Positions 1-16,529 of a stretch of DNA of 64,000 bases are shown here, piece by piece (positions within the stretch are counted from its first letter, which is position 1; each line of letters opens with the position of its first letter). A program made the position numbers and the translations under genes. This DNA is from the human T2T-CHM13v2.0 reference genome, Homo sapiens, in NCBI RefSeq assembly GCF_009914755.1, contig NC_060939.1. One strand, written 5' to 3'. The notes beneath the pieces were generated by a model, which was given only the letters and a program-made list of their open reading frames with translations, had not been told where the DNA came from and did not search any database.

Positions 1-2562
1 GTCCTAAACATATATGCACCTAACACTGGAGCTTCCAAATTTATAAAACAATTACTAATAGACCTAAGAAGAAATGAGATAGCAACACAATAATAGTAGG
101 AGAGGTCAATACTCCACTGACAGCACTAGACAGGTAATCAAGACAGGAAGTCAACAAAGAAACAATGAATGTAAACTATACCCTGGAACAAATGGACTTA
201 ACAGATATAAACAGAACATCCCATCCAACCACAGAATATACATTCTGTTCAACAGCACATGGAACTTTATCCAAGATACACCATATGATAGGCCACAAAA
301 TGAGCATCAATAAATTTAAGAAAATTGAAATTATATCAAGCACTCTCTCAGACCACAGTGGAATAAAACTGGAAATCAACTCCAAAAGGAACTCGCAACC
401 ATGGAAATACATGGAAATTAAATAACCTGCTCCTAAATATCATTGGGTCAAAAATGAAATCAAGATGGAAATTAAAAAATTCTTCCAACTTAACAACAAA
501 CTGACAAAACATATCAAAACCTCTGGGATACAGTAAAGGCAGTGCTAAGAGGAAACTTCATAACCCTAAATGCCTACATCAAAAAGCCTGAAAGAGCACA
601 AACAGACAATCTAAGGTCACACCTCAAGGAGCTAGAGAAACAAGAACAAACCAAACCCAAACCCAGCAGAAGAAAGGAAATAACCAAGATGAGAGCAGAA
701 TTAAACAACATTGAAACAAACAAACAAAAAAAACAAATGATAAATGAAACAAAACCTGGTTATTTGAAAAGAGAAATAAAATTGAGAGACCATTAGCAAG
801 ATTAACCAAGAAAAGAAGAGAGAAAAATCAAAATAAGCTCAGTAAGAAATGAAACAGAAGATATTACAACTCACACTGCAGAAATACAAAAGATGAGCGA
901 AGGCTACTCTTAACACCTTTATGCGCACAAACTAGAAAACCTAGAAGAGATGGATAAATTCCTGGAAAGACACAACGCTCCTAGGTTAAATCAGGAAGAA
1001 TTAGATACCCTGAACAGACCAGTAACAAGCAGTGAGACTGAAATAATTTAAAAATTACCAAAAAGAGTCCAGGAGCAGATGGATTAACAGCAGAATTCTA
1101 CCAGATGTTGAAAGAATTGGTACCAGTTCTACTGATACTATTCAACAAGATAGAGAGGGAACCCTCCCTAAATCATTCTATGAAGCCAGTATCACCCTAA
1201 CACCAAAACCAGGAAAGGACATAAACAAAAAAGGAAACTATAGACCAATATCCCTAATGAACACAGATGCTAAAATCCTTAACAAACATACTAGCTAATC
1301 AAATCCAACAGTATATCAAAAAGATAATCCACCATGATCAAATGGTTTCATACCAGGGATGCAGGGATGTTTTAACATACACAAGTCAATGAATGTAATA
1401 CACCACATAAACAGAATTAAAAACAAAAATCACATGATCATCTCAATAGATGCAGAAAAAGCATTCAACAAAATCCAGCATCCCTTTATGATTAAAACTC
1501 TCAACAAAATCAGAATACAAGGGACATACCTCAATGTAATAAAAGCCATCTATGACAAACCCACAACCAACATAATACTGAATGGGGAAAAGTTGAAAGC
1601 ATTCCCTCTGAGAACTAGAATGAGACAAGGATGCCCACTCTCACCACTCCTCTTCAACATAGTACTGGAAGTCCTAGCCAGAGCAATCAGACAAGAGAAG
1701 GAAATAAAGACATCCAAATCAGTAAAGAGGAAGTCAAGCTGTTGTTATTTGCTGATGATCTGACTGTTACCTAGAAAACCCTAAAGACTCCTCCAGAAAA
1801 CTCTTAGAACTGATACAAGAATTCAGCAACGTTTCCAGATACAAAAATAATGTACACAAATCAGTAGCTCTCATATATACCAACAGCAACTAAGCTGAGA
1901 ATCAATCACGAACTCAACCCTTTTATAATAGCTGCAAAAAAAATTAAAATACTTAGGAATATACCTAACGTAAAAGACCTCTACAAGGAAAACTACAAAA
2001 CACTGCTGAAAGAAATCCTAGACAACACAAACAAATGGAAACACATCACATGCTTGTGTATGGGTAGAATTAGTATTGCAAAAATGACCATACTGCCAAA
2101 AGCAATCTATAAATTCAATGCAATTCTTATCAAACTACCATCATTCTTCACAGAATTAGAAAAAAAAATTCTAAAGTTCATATGGCACCCAAAGAGAGCC
2201 TGCATAGCCAAAGCCAGACTAAGCAAAAAGAACAAATCTGGAGGCATCACATTGCCTGATTTTAAACTGTACTATAAGGCCATAGTCACCAAAACAACAT
2301 GGTACTGGTATAAAAAGTCACATAGACCAATGGAACAGAATAGAGACCCCAGAAATAAACCCAAACACTTATAGCCAACTGATCTTTGACAAAGCAAACA
2401 AAAGCGAAGTGGGGAAAGGACACCCTTTTCAACAAATGGTGCTGGGATAATTGGTTAGCCACATGTAGGAGAATGAAACTGGATCCTCATCTCTCACCTT
2501 ACATAAAAATCAACTCAAAGTGAATTAAAGACTTAAATCTAAGACCTGAAACTATAAAAATT

Positions 2563-2838
2563 TGTGCAGATTAGTTACATATGTATACATGTGCCATGTT
2601 GGTGTGCCACACCCATCAACTCGTCATTTAACATTAGGTATATCTCCTAATGCTATCCCTCCCCACTCTCCCCACCCCACAACAGGCCCCGGTGTGTCAT
2701 GTTCCCCTTCCTGTGTCCATGTCTTCTTATTGTTCAATTCCCACCTATGAGTGAGAACATGCGGTGTTTGGTTTTTTTGTCCTTGCGATAGTTTGCTGAG
2801 AATGATGGTTTCCAGCTTCATCCATGTCCCTACAAAGG
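2563..2838 (-). mobile_element. L1PA (about PA4-PA6) 3' UTR fragment without poly(A) or TSD
   Basis: Reverse complement of the L1PA ORF2 end and 3' UTR (track peptide [16 protein letters not shown]), inserted in host L1PB ORF2. Confidence 0.9.
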
Positions 2839-3703
2839 GATGCATTCCCTACTTAGGCAAGCATTTCATGACCAAGAACCTAAAAGCAAATGCGATAAAA
2901 ACAAAGATAAATAGCGGGGACTTAAACTAAAGAGCTTTTGCAGGGCAAAAGGAACAGTCAGCAGAGTAAACAGACAACCCACATAGTGGGAAAAAATCTT
3001 CACAGTCTGTACATCTGTCAGACGACTAATATCCAGAATCTACAACAAACTCAAATCAGCAAGAAAAAAAAAAAAACAATCTCATCAAAAAGTGGTTAAA
3101 GGACATGAATAGAGAATCCTCAAAAGAAGATATACAAATGGCCAACAAACATATGAAAAAGTGCTCACTAATGATCAGGGAAATGCAAATCAAAACCACA
3201 ATGCGATACCACCTTACGCCTGCAACAATGGCCATAATCGAAAAATAAAAACATAGTACACGTTAGCATGGATGCAGTGCACAGGGAACACTTCAACACT
3301 GCTGGTGGGAATGTAAACTAGTACAATCAATATGGAAAATAGTGTGGAGATTCCTTAAAGAACTAAAAGCGGAACTACCATTTGATCTAGCAATCCCACT
3401 ACTGGGTATCTACCCAGAGGAAAGGAAGTCACTATACACAAAAGATACTTGCACATGCATGTTTATAGCAGCACAATTCACAATTGCAAAACTGTGGAAC
3501 CAACCCAAACGCCCATCAATCAATGAGTGGATAAAGAAACTGTGATTGATATATATATATGTGTGTGTATATATATTCTTGTGATATATATATCACAAAA
3601 TCTTAAATTCATATATATATATGATGGAATACGACTCAGACATAAAAAGGAATAAATTAATGGCATTTGCAGTGACCTGGATGAAAGTGGAGACTATAAT
3701 TCT

Positions 3704-5446
<1,743 letters not shown>

Positions 5447-7966
5447 CTACAATTCTAAGAGAAGTAACTCGGGAATGGAAAACCAAACATTGTATGTTCT
5501 CACTCATAAGTGGGATCTAAGCAATGAGGATGCAAAGGCATAAGAATGACACAATGGACTCTGGGGACTCAGGGGGAAAGGGTGGGAAGGGGGTGACAGA
5601 TAAAAGACTACACAAAGGGTGCAGTGTACACTGCTCAGGTGATGGGTGCACCAAAATCTCACAAATTACCACTAAAGAACTTACTCATGTAACCAAACAC
5701 CACCTGTTCCACCAATAACCTATGGAAATAAAAAAAATAAAAATAAAATAAAGCAAACACAGAACAAAAAGGAATGGAATGGGATCCTTGAAATTCTAAA
5801 TCATGCCAAACCTCTAGGACTTCAAACAGGTATAAATTCAAGACTTATGGTCCATCCTGGTGTACATTTTAAATCAATGGACAAAAATTACACCAAGGAT
5901 AATTTATGGCCTTAAAGGAGATCATTCAAACTCCCCAACCTTGTTTTTCTTATAACTAAATTAGAAACTGCAACCAACTGTAGCATTAACATGTACAGCC
6001 TTCTAAGTTCTGCGTCTATCACCATTTTTATCTGCCTACTTTGAATCTGCTGACTTTTCTTTTGGTATTAAGATAAGCTCACTGCTTATGGAATTCCAGT
6101 CAATATTTTTTTTTAGGTTTAAAGGGCTAGATGTTTTAAGGTGTCAGGGTTTGATACAAAGGTTAAATACAACAGCTCCATGGTAATCAACAATCTAGAT
6201 ACCTTTTGGAAATATGTATTTAGGTTTGCCTGGATGACAATCACTTAAGTTGATAGAAGAATTAATTGAAGGATTGACATTCTAAAAGGAAATAAATAGA
6301 TAAATGTTTATCAAAGTTAGGCTGTCATATCAAATGGGTCAAAATCTTAAATTCAGAGCAATAATCTAAGATTTCTCTGTCTGGCATGAGAATTTCATTG
6401 TCTGCTATGCATGAACCAGAAAAATCTGGGGAAAAAAAAACTGCAAATAACTTTTCCTCCAGGACTTTCCTGCCCAAATTGACTAGTCAAGCAAACAAAA
6501 CCAACAAACAAAAGACAAATTTGTCACTAAAATTCAAGACTACTTGGAGATTTTGTTTTTCTCACACAATTCGAATCATCCCAGCTAAAATGTAAACATT
6601 TTAAAAATGTAACCACTAAACTCATTTGAAACTGAAAAAGGGGAGAGTAAAAGATTTTTTTTTAAAAAAACTGCTTTATCCAAAGTTTTGGCCCACAGCC
6701 TTCATTAGACTACCTATCAGGGAAAATAAAATTTAGTCAGGTGAACCAGTCCCATTTTGTCAGAAATATAATTTAGATTCAACTGCCTTTTATAAACTCA
6801 TGAGTTTATGCTATATATTAATATGTTTTACCGACTCATAACTAAAATTCTAAAATAAAGGTAAAAGATCTTTGTGTGTGTATATATGTTTAGATATGTC
6901 TGTATATACGCACATGTATTATGCTGTGTGTTGTATCTACATGGTAGAATTTGGCATAGTTGGCCAAAAATCCCTTAAGGAATTCTATTCAAACTGGCTT
7001 AGATAAGTGAGTACTCATATAAACTGTTAAAATATCTAATAATTAACCCAAATGCCTTTAGTTTATATGATGTAAGTAGACCTTTAATAAGTAAGTTGGT
7101 TTTGAAATTCTTGGTAAAAAAATAAAAATATAATTCAAAATTGTTAGCATATATTTTTGCTTGGACTTACTAGTCAGTTTTACATTTGTCTTTACTAGAT
7201 GTTTTAAGGTGTCAGGGTTTGATACAAAGGTTAAATACCTCAAAACCAGCCTGAAAACAGAATGATCTTTGTGTATAATTGCTTTAATAATTATTCTACA
7301 ATAACTTATAATTACTCTAATAAATAAGAGTAATTTATTACTATTGGTATAATGAAAACAGCTGTATCTTCTGATTTATTGGCAAGATACTCATGTAAGT
7401 TTCTTACTTGGGTGAACACCTGATATTCACAGGCTGTAAAAATCATTAACAGAAAAATAATCTGAAATAATAGCTAGCTTTGTCTAATAATTTCAGTTTT
7501 CATAAGTAATGTACGTATAATTGATAAAAATGAATTAGGTAAATGTAAATGAGATAAATGTTTATAAACAAACTTTTATATAATTTGAAATCTTAAAGTT
7601 ATGTTATATTAAATTTACCAATACTCATTAAATGTCTGGATAATTCCCCAAGAAGATAAAATAATGAAACATATATTGCTAAACATAAGATTTTACTTTG
7701 CTTCATAAATTTTATAGAAAGACTAAATATAGTTGGGCCTATCAATGTACATAAAAAATTATGTTATAGAAAAACATCTTTTTAAAAATTATAAAATGTT
7801 TCTTCTCTACAAAACACTGACATGTGACAGACAGTTTAAAATTTGTTGCTTCCTAGGTTATCACTAGAAATTAAGGTTACTAAGAGTTAAACATTCTAAT
7901 TAACATATATAATTTTGTATACAAAGTATACAGAAATGAACATATTTCTGATGAGAAAAATAATAA

Positions 7967-8362
<396 letters not shown>

Positions 8363-8688
8363 TTAAGGAAGGAAATAGAAAGATAGAAAAGAACCAGCAA
8401 GAAAGAGAGAGAGAGAGATGTAAAGAAAGTTATCAAAACATCTCATAGACACCATAAATGTATACACCTACTGTATATCTCCAAAAATTTTTTAAATAAT
8501 TTTTAAAAATTTAAGATAATTTTTCTATAAAAAAGAACCTTGTGTGGTAAGTTTTCTGTCCTAAAGTAAAATGGCTGGTTATTTAACAAAGAAGAAATAT
8601 AGAACAAAACTAATAGTCTAAGCATATCTTGGAAGGTTGGCGTAAGTCATGGAAAGTTTGTGAAGACTGAATTTATGAAAAACATTTG

Positions 8689-9045
<357 letters not shown>

Positions 9046-11606
9046 CTAAAGATTAGTTTTGATTTATGTGTGCATGCTATAAATACACAGTGATATAAAA
9101 TTAAAAATTTGGTCTTCTATGGTAGAAAAAGGTTTTCCTGAGGTATTAATCTGCTCTTAGTAAAAAATTAGGAGAGGTTTTGATTTTTAATTCTGAAACG
9201 TTTCTTAAAATTTTCAACCATATTCTGAACTGTAGCTTTACATTTTTAGAGCAATGTTTTGCTCCAGTATAACTTGATTCTGTACTCTTGGCTTTTCCAG
9301 ATATGTCTGAATTATTTCACATACTCAGAAAATTCCCCATGCTTTTACAAGACCCATGTATTTCCATGCTCAAGGTATTAATTTTCTTGTTTACTTTCCT
9401 CTGTGATTTGATATACACTCATAACCTTGGGCACACACTCTTCCTGTATCTGATTAAATTTAAGTGTCTTTTATTAGATTTGACTTCTGGGTTACCTAAA
9501 TTGCTTCCCATAAGGAGAAACAATCACACTGAAAAATATTTTTGTTCACATTTTTGAAAACTGGCCTAAAAAAAGATTTTATGTTTTATCAATAATTCCC
9601 TGGGTTTATGTGTCATCTTTAACTAGTTTGTTTTTATTGCTTAGGAAAACTGAGTTTTGAAAGGGTTAAGGCATTTTTTACATCGAAGTGACTTTTCCGT
9701 ATTGCTTTTGAAGTCTTTTGATCACTGTGCTCAAATGAATGATTATAGGTCACAGTGATGACATGATTATGGGTCACAGTGACCTGTGATTCTGTTTTGA
9801 TCAGCTGTTTTAAACCTTTCACATCTTTGATGAGCTTCCTTTGTAACAAAATTCTAAATTAAGTATTTTTGACCTAGAATTAACCTAGGCCCCCTGGTGA
9901 GCCTCAATAGACAGATGTGTCCTCTTATAATAATTAGGCTTGTTTGGTAAATTGTATGGGAAGCATTGTCAATTGATAAGTGATGCTAGATCTTCTTTCA
10001 GTTTTATTTATAGGTATGTTATTTATATGAATGTTCCAAAATTATATAAAACTCTTAGAATTCTAATATGTCATCAGTCATAATTCTGGTTATGTTGTAT
10101 GCCACAAAAATAACCAAATTTTATTGTCAATTGCTGATTAGAATAAACTTCCATCAGATTTTTAATCGTGGCTATTTTAAATCTCTGTCATCCACAATTT
10201 TGTATCTTCTCTAAAAGCATTTGCAATAAGATTCATTGAAAAGACTCTAACAAGTATTCCTAAATACATTTTTCTAATAACTTTAAGATCAATAGACTAA
10301 ATATAAATTTTCAGAACCGTAATGAAAAAACTGGCAAATTTGTGAAACTGCTAATCAATTCCAAGCCAAATGAAAATTAATTACATGAAATAGAATAACT
10401 GATTAAGACAATGTTTTAAGACTTTTATTTGAAAATTTTTGATTCTTTACTTAACTATTTTGCTTTCCAGATTTAAAGGAATGTTTTCTCTTAAATTATC
10501 TATAGTTTATAGTAATTTGGTAAAGTATACTTTTATAAACAAAAGTGAAAACATTTACTTTTGCACTCTACTTGATCCCTCCAAAATTCAGAAAGCATTC
10601 ATGAGTACTCTTATCTTTATGGAAGGATAACTATTTGCACAAGTTCAATAAGAATCTACTCTCTTTATAACAGGACACAACTGGAACAAATAGTTGTATT
10701 TCCAAGGCTTTGGCTGGAATATCTATTTGAGAATGTGCATAGAATGCCTAGCTCCAAGGGTTTTTAGCTTTATAGTGAGTAAAAATTTTCACTTCCTGGC
10801 AGGCCCAGGAACCTTAAGACTGTAGAAGAAATCTAAAGTCTGCCTTAGTTTGGTTTCCAAATCTTGAGAGATTTATAAATCTGAGATTTCTCTGTGGCCA
10901 ACCACTATTCTTACTGCACTTATGTAAATGACCAGACCTAAATGTGATAAAATTAAATGTACTTTATAAATCATTTTTTTTACTTATTAGCTTTAATAAA
11001 AATTGGGATGACTATAGAGAGAAAAGTTATGTCTCTAAAGAAAAAGTATATTACTCCCATTATCAGATTGTAGCTCTATGCATTGCTTTCAAGTTTTATT
11101 ATCTACCTGTAGACCAGACTAGATCCTGAGTTATTCTAGACTAGATCCTGAGTTATTCTCCAATTCAACTCTTTTCTATAGGACCACTAAAAAATGGGAA
11201 CTGCTCTGTTCCCGAAGCCCTATGTGCTGAACCTAGGTGAATTTTAGGGGACAAATTTTTGCCTGATGTATGAGCCATGCAGATAAGCTCACCAAACCCA
11301 TCCATTACCATAACCAAAGACATTAAAGCTGCAAACCAGGATAATAAGTTGATGGCTTCATACTGTAGACAGCTTTTCCCAAGACATCAGAACAGGACTC
11401 CATCTTATGAGACTCTTACCCTCTTAATGCCTACCTTTTACACTCAGCAGGAAAATAGTGTAATTAAAATTTCCCAGACAGTACATTGCACTGGTAATTT
11501 GATAGAACCTGACCTGAGATCCCTTAGTCCCCTTAGTGGGTAACTTTAGCAACATTCCTAATACAACTGTTGCTCACTTTCTGCTCTAATCCAACCCAAT
11601 CATGGG

Positions 11607-11835
11607 CTACTAGATGGTAAAATTGCTCTGTATTATCTGTTGGTTAAATAAGAAAATGTATGTGCTATGGATACTACACGCTTTACCTGGATAAATTCCT
11701 CTGAGGAAACTGAGACCCATATATACAAAATAAGAAAACAGGCCACATGGTTATATTAGATCCCACCTAGTTCCCTATGGTCATTTCCTTTATTCAATTG
11801 GTTGCCTTTAAGCCTAGGTTCATGGCTAAAAACTA
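11607..11835 (+). pseudogene. Retroviral env TM remnant (ISD, decayed CX6CC region, membrane-proximal segment)
   Basis: Hand translation LLDGKIALYYLLVK*ENVCAMDTTRFTWINSSEETETHIYKIRKQATWLY*IPPSSLWSFPLFNWLPLSLGSWLKT matches the gamma-type pattern LDNRLALDYLLAEQGGVC...CCTWIN. Confidence 0.8.
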
Positions 11836-12175
11836 CCAATACTTGTTAAATTTCTACAGATGTACAACTTCTGACACAATAATGCTGGCCCTGTACTTTG
11901 AGATGGTAGCAATGCCTACGGAACAGACGAAAATTGAACTTAACAATGAACTCCATGTAAACTTAGCCTGAGAGTCCCTTCCTCCAAACCTCCCTTGTTG
12001 CTTAAATATGGCTTAAAGAGCATTGACACTGACTCATAGTTGCCAGCTACTACCTAGAACATGGGACCAGAGCAACAAATTGGGAGAAGTCTATCTTGGC
12101 ATCAAGAGATAACAAAACCTAACCACAGGATGATTAATCAGCAATGCTTTTAGTGAAAGATAATGATAAAAAGCA

Positions 12176-12468
12176 GGACTGGACATAGTGGCTCACATCT
12201 ATAATCCCAGCTCTTCAGGAGGCTGAGACAGGAGGATCACTTGAGCCCAGGAGTTTGAGACCAGCCTGGGCAACACAGCAAAATCCCATCTCTACAAAAA
12301 AGTAAAACAAATTAGCCAAGTATGGTGGTGCCCATCTGCAGTCCTAGCTACTTAGGGAGCTGAAATGGAGGATCACTAGAGCTCATGAGTTCAAGGTTAC
12401 AGTGAGCTATGATCACACCACTGTACTCCAGCCTAGGTGACAGAGTGAGATCCTGTCTCTAAAGAAAA
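12176..12468 (+). mobile_element. AluJ SINE inserted in the ERV polypurine-tract region
   Basis: Diverged dimer with the J-type ggaggatcacttgagcccagg. Confidence 0.9.
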
Positions 12469-12543
12469 GGTGGGGGATTAGGGGGGCACTTTGAAAAGTT
12501 GCCAGAATCAAAATGGAGATACTAACATTAAAAGCCCTAACAA

Positions 12544-12844
<301 letters not shown>

Positions 12845-13198
12845 TCCCAACAACTGGAGCCAGGGAAGGCCATAAAAGGAGGGTTCTCATGCATAAATCC
12901 CTGATAATAGGAATTGGCATAAAGGACTGCAAAAATTGCAGCCTTGCACAAAAGCCATCACAATCTTATACAAAAAATACTCGTACAAGGACATCTGCCC
13001 AGTAACTGCTTGTCCAACATCAAACTGATACCACCCTTATTATTGATCCTTGCAGTCAAAAATAATTGATTCAAAAACTTATGTAATCCTCATCATTTTT
13101 CCTTTAAAAACCTTTGTCTTCCGTAACCTCCTAAACATGCATATAGGTTACTATGGCACACATATTTCCATTGCAATGCCCATTCCCAAATAAATATC

Positions 13199-13499
13199 TT
13201 TTTTTTTTTTTTTTTGAGACAGAGTCTCGCTCTGTGCCCAGGCTGGAGTGCAGTGTTGCACGATCTCAGCTCACTGCAAGCTCCGCCTCCCAAGTTCATG
13301 ACATTCTCCTGCCTCAGACTCCAGAGTAGCTGGGACTACAGGTACCCGCCACCACATCCGGCTAATTTTTTTTGTATTTTTAGTAGAGACAGGGTTTCAC
13401 CGTGTTAGCCAGGATGGTCTCGATCTCCTGACCTCGTGATCCACCTGCCTTGGCCTCCCAAAGTGCTGGGATTACAGGCATGAGCCACTGCGCCCGGCC
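13199..13499 (-). mobile_element. AluY/Sc-like SINE
   Basis: Poly(T) followed by reverse Alu; TSD taaatatc. Confidence 0.93.
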
Positions 13500-14328
13500 A
13501 GTAAATATCATTTTTAAAGAAAGTCTCTCTTTCTGTTATTTAGGTTGACACATGAAACAACTTGGTCCACCCCTTCACTTTCAGCCTATGTAGGTCCTTA
13601 AAACTAGAGAAAGTTTCTTGCCACAGCATATAGTTGAATCTTGTTTTTTAATCCATTCAGCCACTCTGTCTTTTGATTCAGTTTAGTCCATTTGCATTTA
13701 ATGTAATTATTAATAGGTAAGGATTTACTGCTGCCATTTTGTTCATTGTTTTCTGTCTGTTTTGTATTTCTTTTATTCCTCTCTTCCTCTCTTGTTGTCC
13801 TCCTTATATATTTGATGTTTTTTGATAGTGGTATTCTTTGATTCTTTTATTGTTTACCATTTTTGTATGTACTATAGGTTTGTGGTTACTATACAGCTTG
13901 CATAAAACAACTTACAGTTATAGCTGTCTGTTTTACGCTGATAACAACTTAACTTCAATTGCATACAAAAATCTGACGCTCTTCTTTCCCTCCCCTCAAC
14001 CTTATATTATTGATGTCAGAATTTATTTTATTTTGCATTGTGTATCCATCAATAAATTTGTGGTTGTATTTATTCTTATTACTTTTGTCTTTTAATTTTT
14101 ATAGTAGGATCAGAAATGATTAATGTGCTATTACATTATTACATTTTTATGTATTTATCTATATATCTTTAGCAGTGAGATTTATATTTTCATATCTGTG
14201 TTGCTGCTGAGTACCTTTTCATTTCAACTTGAAGAACTATCTTTCTTTAGCACTTCTCATAAGGTAATCTAGTGATGAAGAACTCCCTAAGCTTTTGTTT
14301 ATCTGAGAAAGTTTTTCTCACTCCTTCG

Positions 14329-14625
14329 TTTTGTTATTTTTGAGATGGAGTCTTGCTCTGTCACCCCAGCTGCAGTGCAGTGGCGCAATCTCGGCTAACT
14401 GCAACCTCCATCTCCCTAGTTCAAGCAATTCCCTTCTCTCAGCCTACTGAGTAGCTGGGATTACAGGTGGACGCCACCACACCTGGCAATTTTTTTGTAT
14501 TTTTAGTAGAGACAGGGTTTCATCATGTTGGCCAGACTGGTCTTGAACTCCTGACCTCAGGCAATCTGCCTGCATTGGCCTCCCGCAAGGTGCTGGGATT
14601 ACAGGCATGAGCCACCATGCCCCAC
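14329..14625 (-). mobile_element. AluS SINE
   Basis: TSD cactccttc. Confidence 0.92.
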
Positions 14626-14899
14626 CACTCCTTCATTTTTAAAGGATAGTATTATTGGGTACAGTATTCTTGGTTGAAAGATTTTTTTGTTGTTTTTTCC
14701 CCTCCAGCATTTTGAATATATCATCCCACTTTTTTCTGTCTTGCAAGGTTTCTGCTGAGAAATCCTCTCACAGCCTTTTGCAGGGTTACATGTATGCAAT
14801 GAGTCACCATTTTCTTTCTCTTGCTGCTTTCAAAATTATTTCTTTGTATTTTATGTTTGACAGTTTAATTATATTGTTTTTCTGTGTAAATTCCTTTAG

Positions 14900-15276
<377 letters not shown>

Positions 15277-16529
15277 TTCAGTGAGTACTTCTTTAAATAA
15301 GCTTACTTTGTCTTTATCTTCTCCTTTGGAAACTCCCATATGCATATATTGATTCCCTTGCTGGTGTCCCATAAGTCCCATAGGCTCTCTTCACTTTTTT
15401 TCATTCTTTTCCTTCTTGCTTTTCTGACTCAATTTCAAATGTCCTAGGCATAGTACAAGCTAACTATGGGAGGAATTTAGTTTATAGTTTAACCTATCTT
15501 CAAGTACATTGATTTTTCTGCTTGATCAGGTCTGATGTTAAAGCTCTCTATTGAGTTGTTTAGTTCAGTTGTCATATTCTTCAGCTCAAGAATTTCCATT
15601 TGGTTCTTTTTTATGGTTTCTATTTCTTTGTTGAACTTCTAATTTTGTTTATGTATTATTTTCTTTATTTTGTTTAGTTGTCCATCTGTGTTCTCTTGCA
15701 ACTCAGTGAACTACATTAAGATGATTATTTTGAGTTCTTTTTAAGGAAGTTAGTCAATCTCTATTTCTTTAGGGTCTGCTACTGGAAGTTTATTTTGTTC
15801 CTTCAGTGCCATTGTTTCCCCAATTCTTTATGATTCTTGCCTCATGTTGGTATCTGCATATTTGAAAAAGCAGTTACCATATTGCATCTTTACAGACTGG
15901 CTTTGGCAGGGAAAGCCTTTTACTAGTCACCCTGATCAGAGATTCTAGATGGGCTGATTGGCAGTGTCTGCTGTCAGGCCAGGTGCCAGGGATTGTGGGC
16001 AGACAAGCAGACACACTGCAAGGATTCATGAGCAGGTGGACCTGCTACTGTAGGCCACAGGTTAGCTGTTGAGATCCACAGGTTAGCTGTTGAGATCCCT
16101 GTGCTAATTTTGAGACCCCCTGCTCCTTTACTTTGATCTTAGATACTCCTAGGTGATCTAGCCATGCCTATTCTCTCAGTGTTCTGGGTGAAGTGTGAAA
16201 GAAACAGGCTTCTTGGGTGGCATCCTAAAAAGCTGGGAAGGTTTGACACTCCCTTTACACTCTTTTTTCCCCTACAGGAGAAAAGCAGGGCTGAGAAGAT
16301 CTCTCATGCCAACTTGAGGAAGGATAACATGGGTAAAGTTAAGCCACTGTTCTCACTCTTTTTAATGTCTTCTCACTTCTATTATCCACCAGGTGCTGGA
16401 ACCTATCACCTGATGCATGAGCTCTTGTAAAGGTATTTTCACCATAGGTGGTTATTAAATCAGTGTTTCTATGGGGAGGCAGGGGCTGGGACCTACTATT
16501 CTGCCATCTTGCTCACGTCATGCTCACAA

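Noticed and set aside
2563-2838. Fragment copied from the adjacent L1PA2 3' UTR
   Set aside because: Diagnostic positions differ (ttaacattagg vs ctagcattagg, aggccccgg vs agtccccag, tccagcttc vs tccaatttc), indicating an older, different source.
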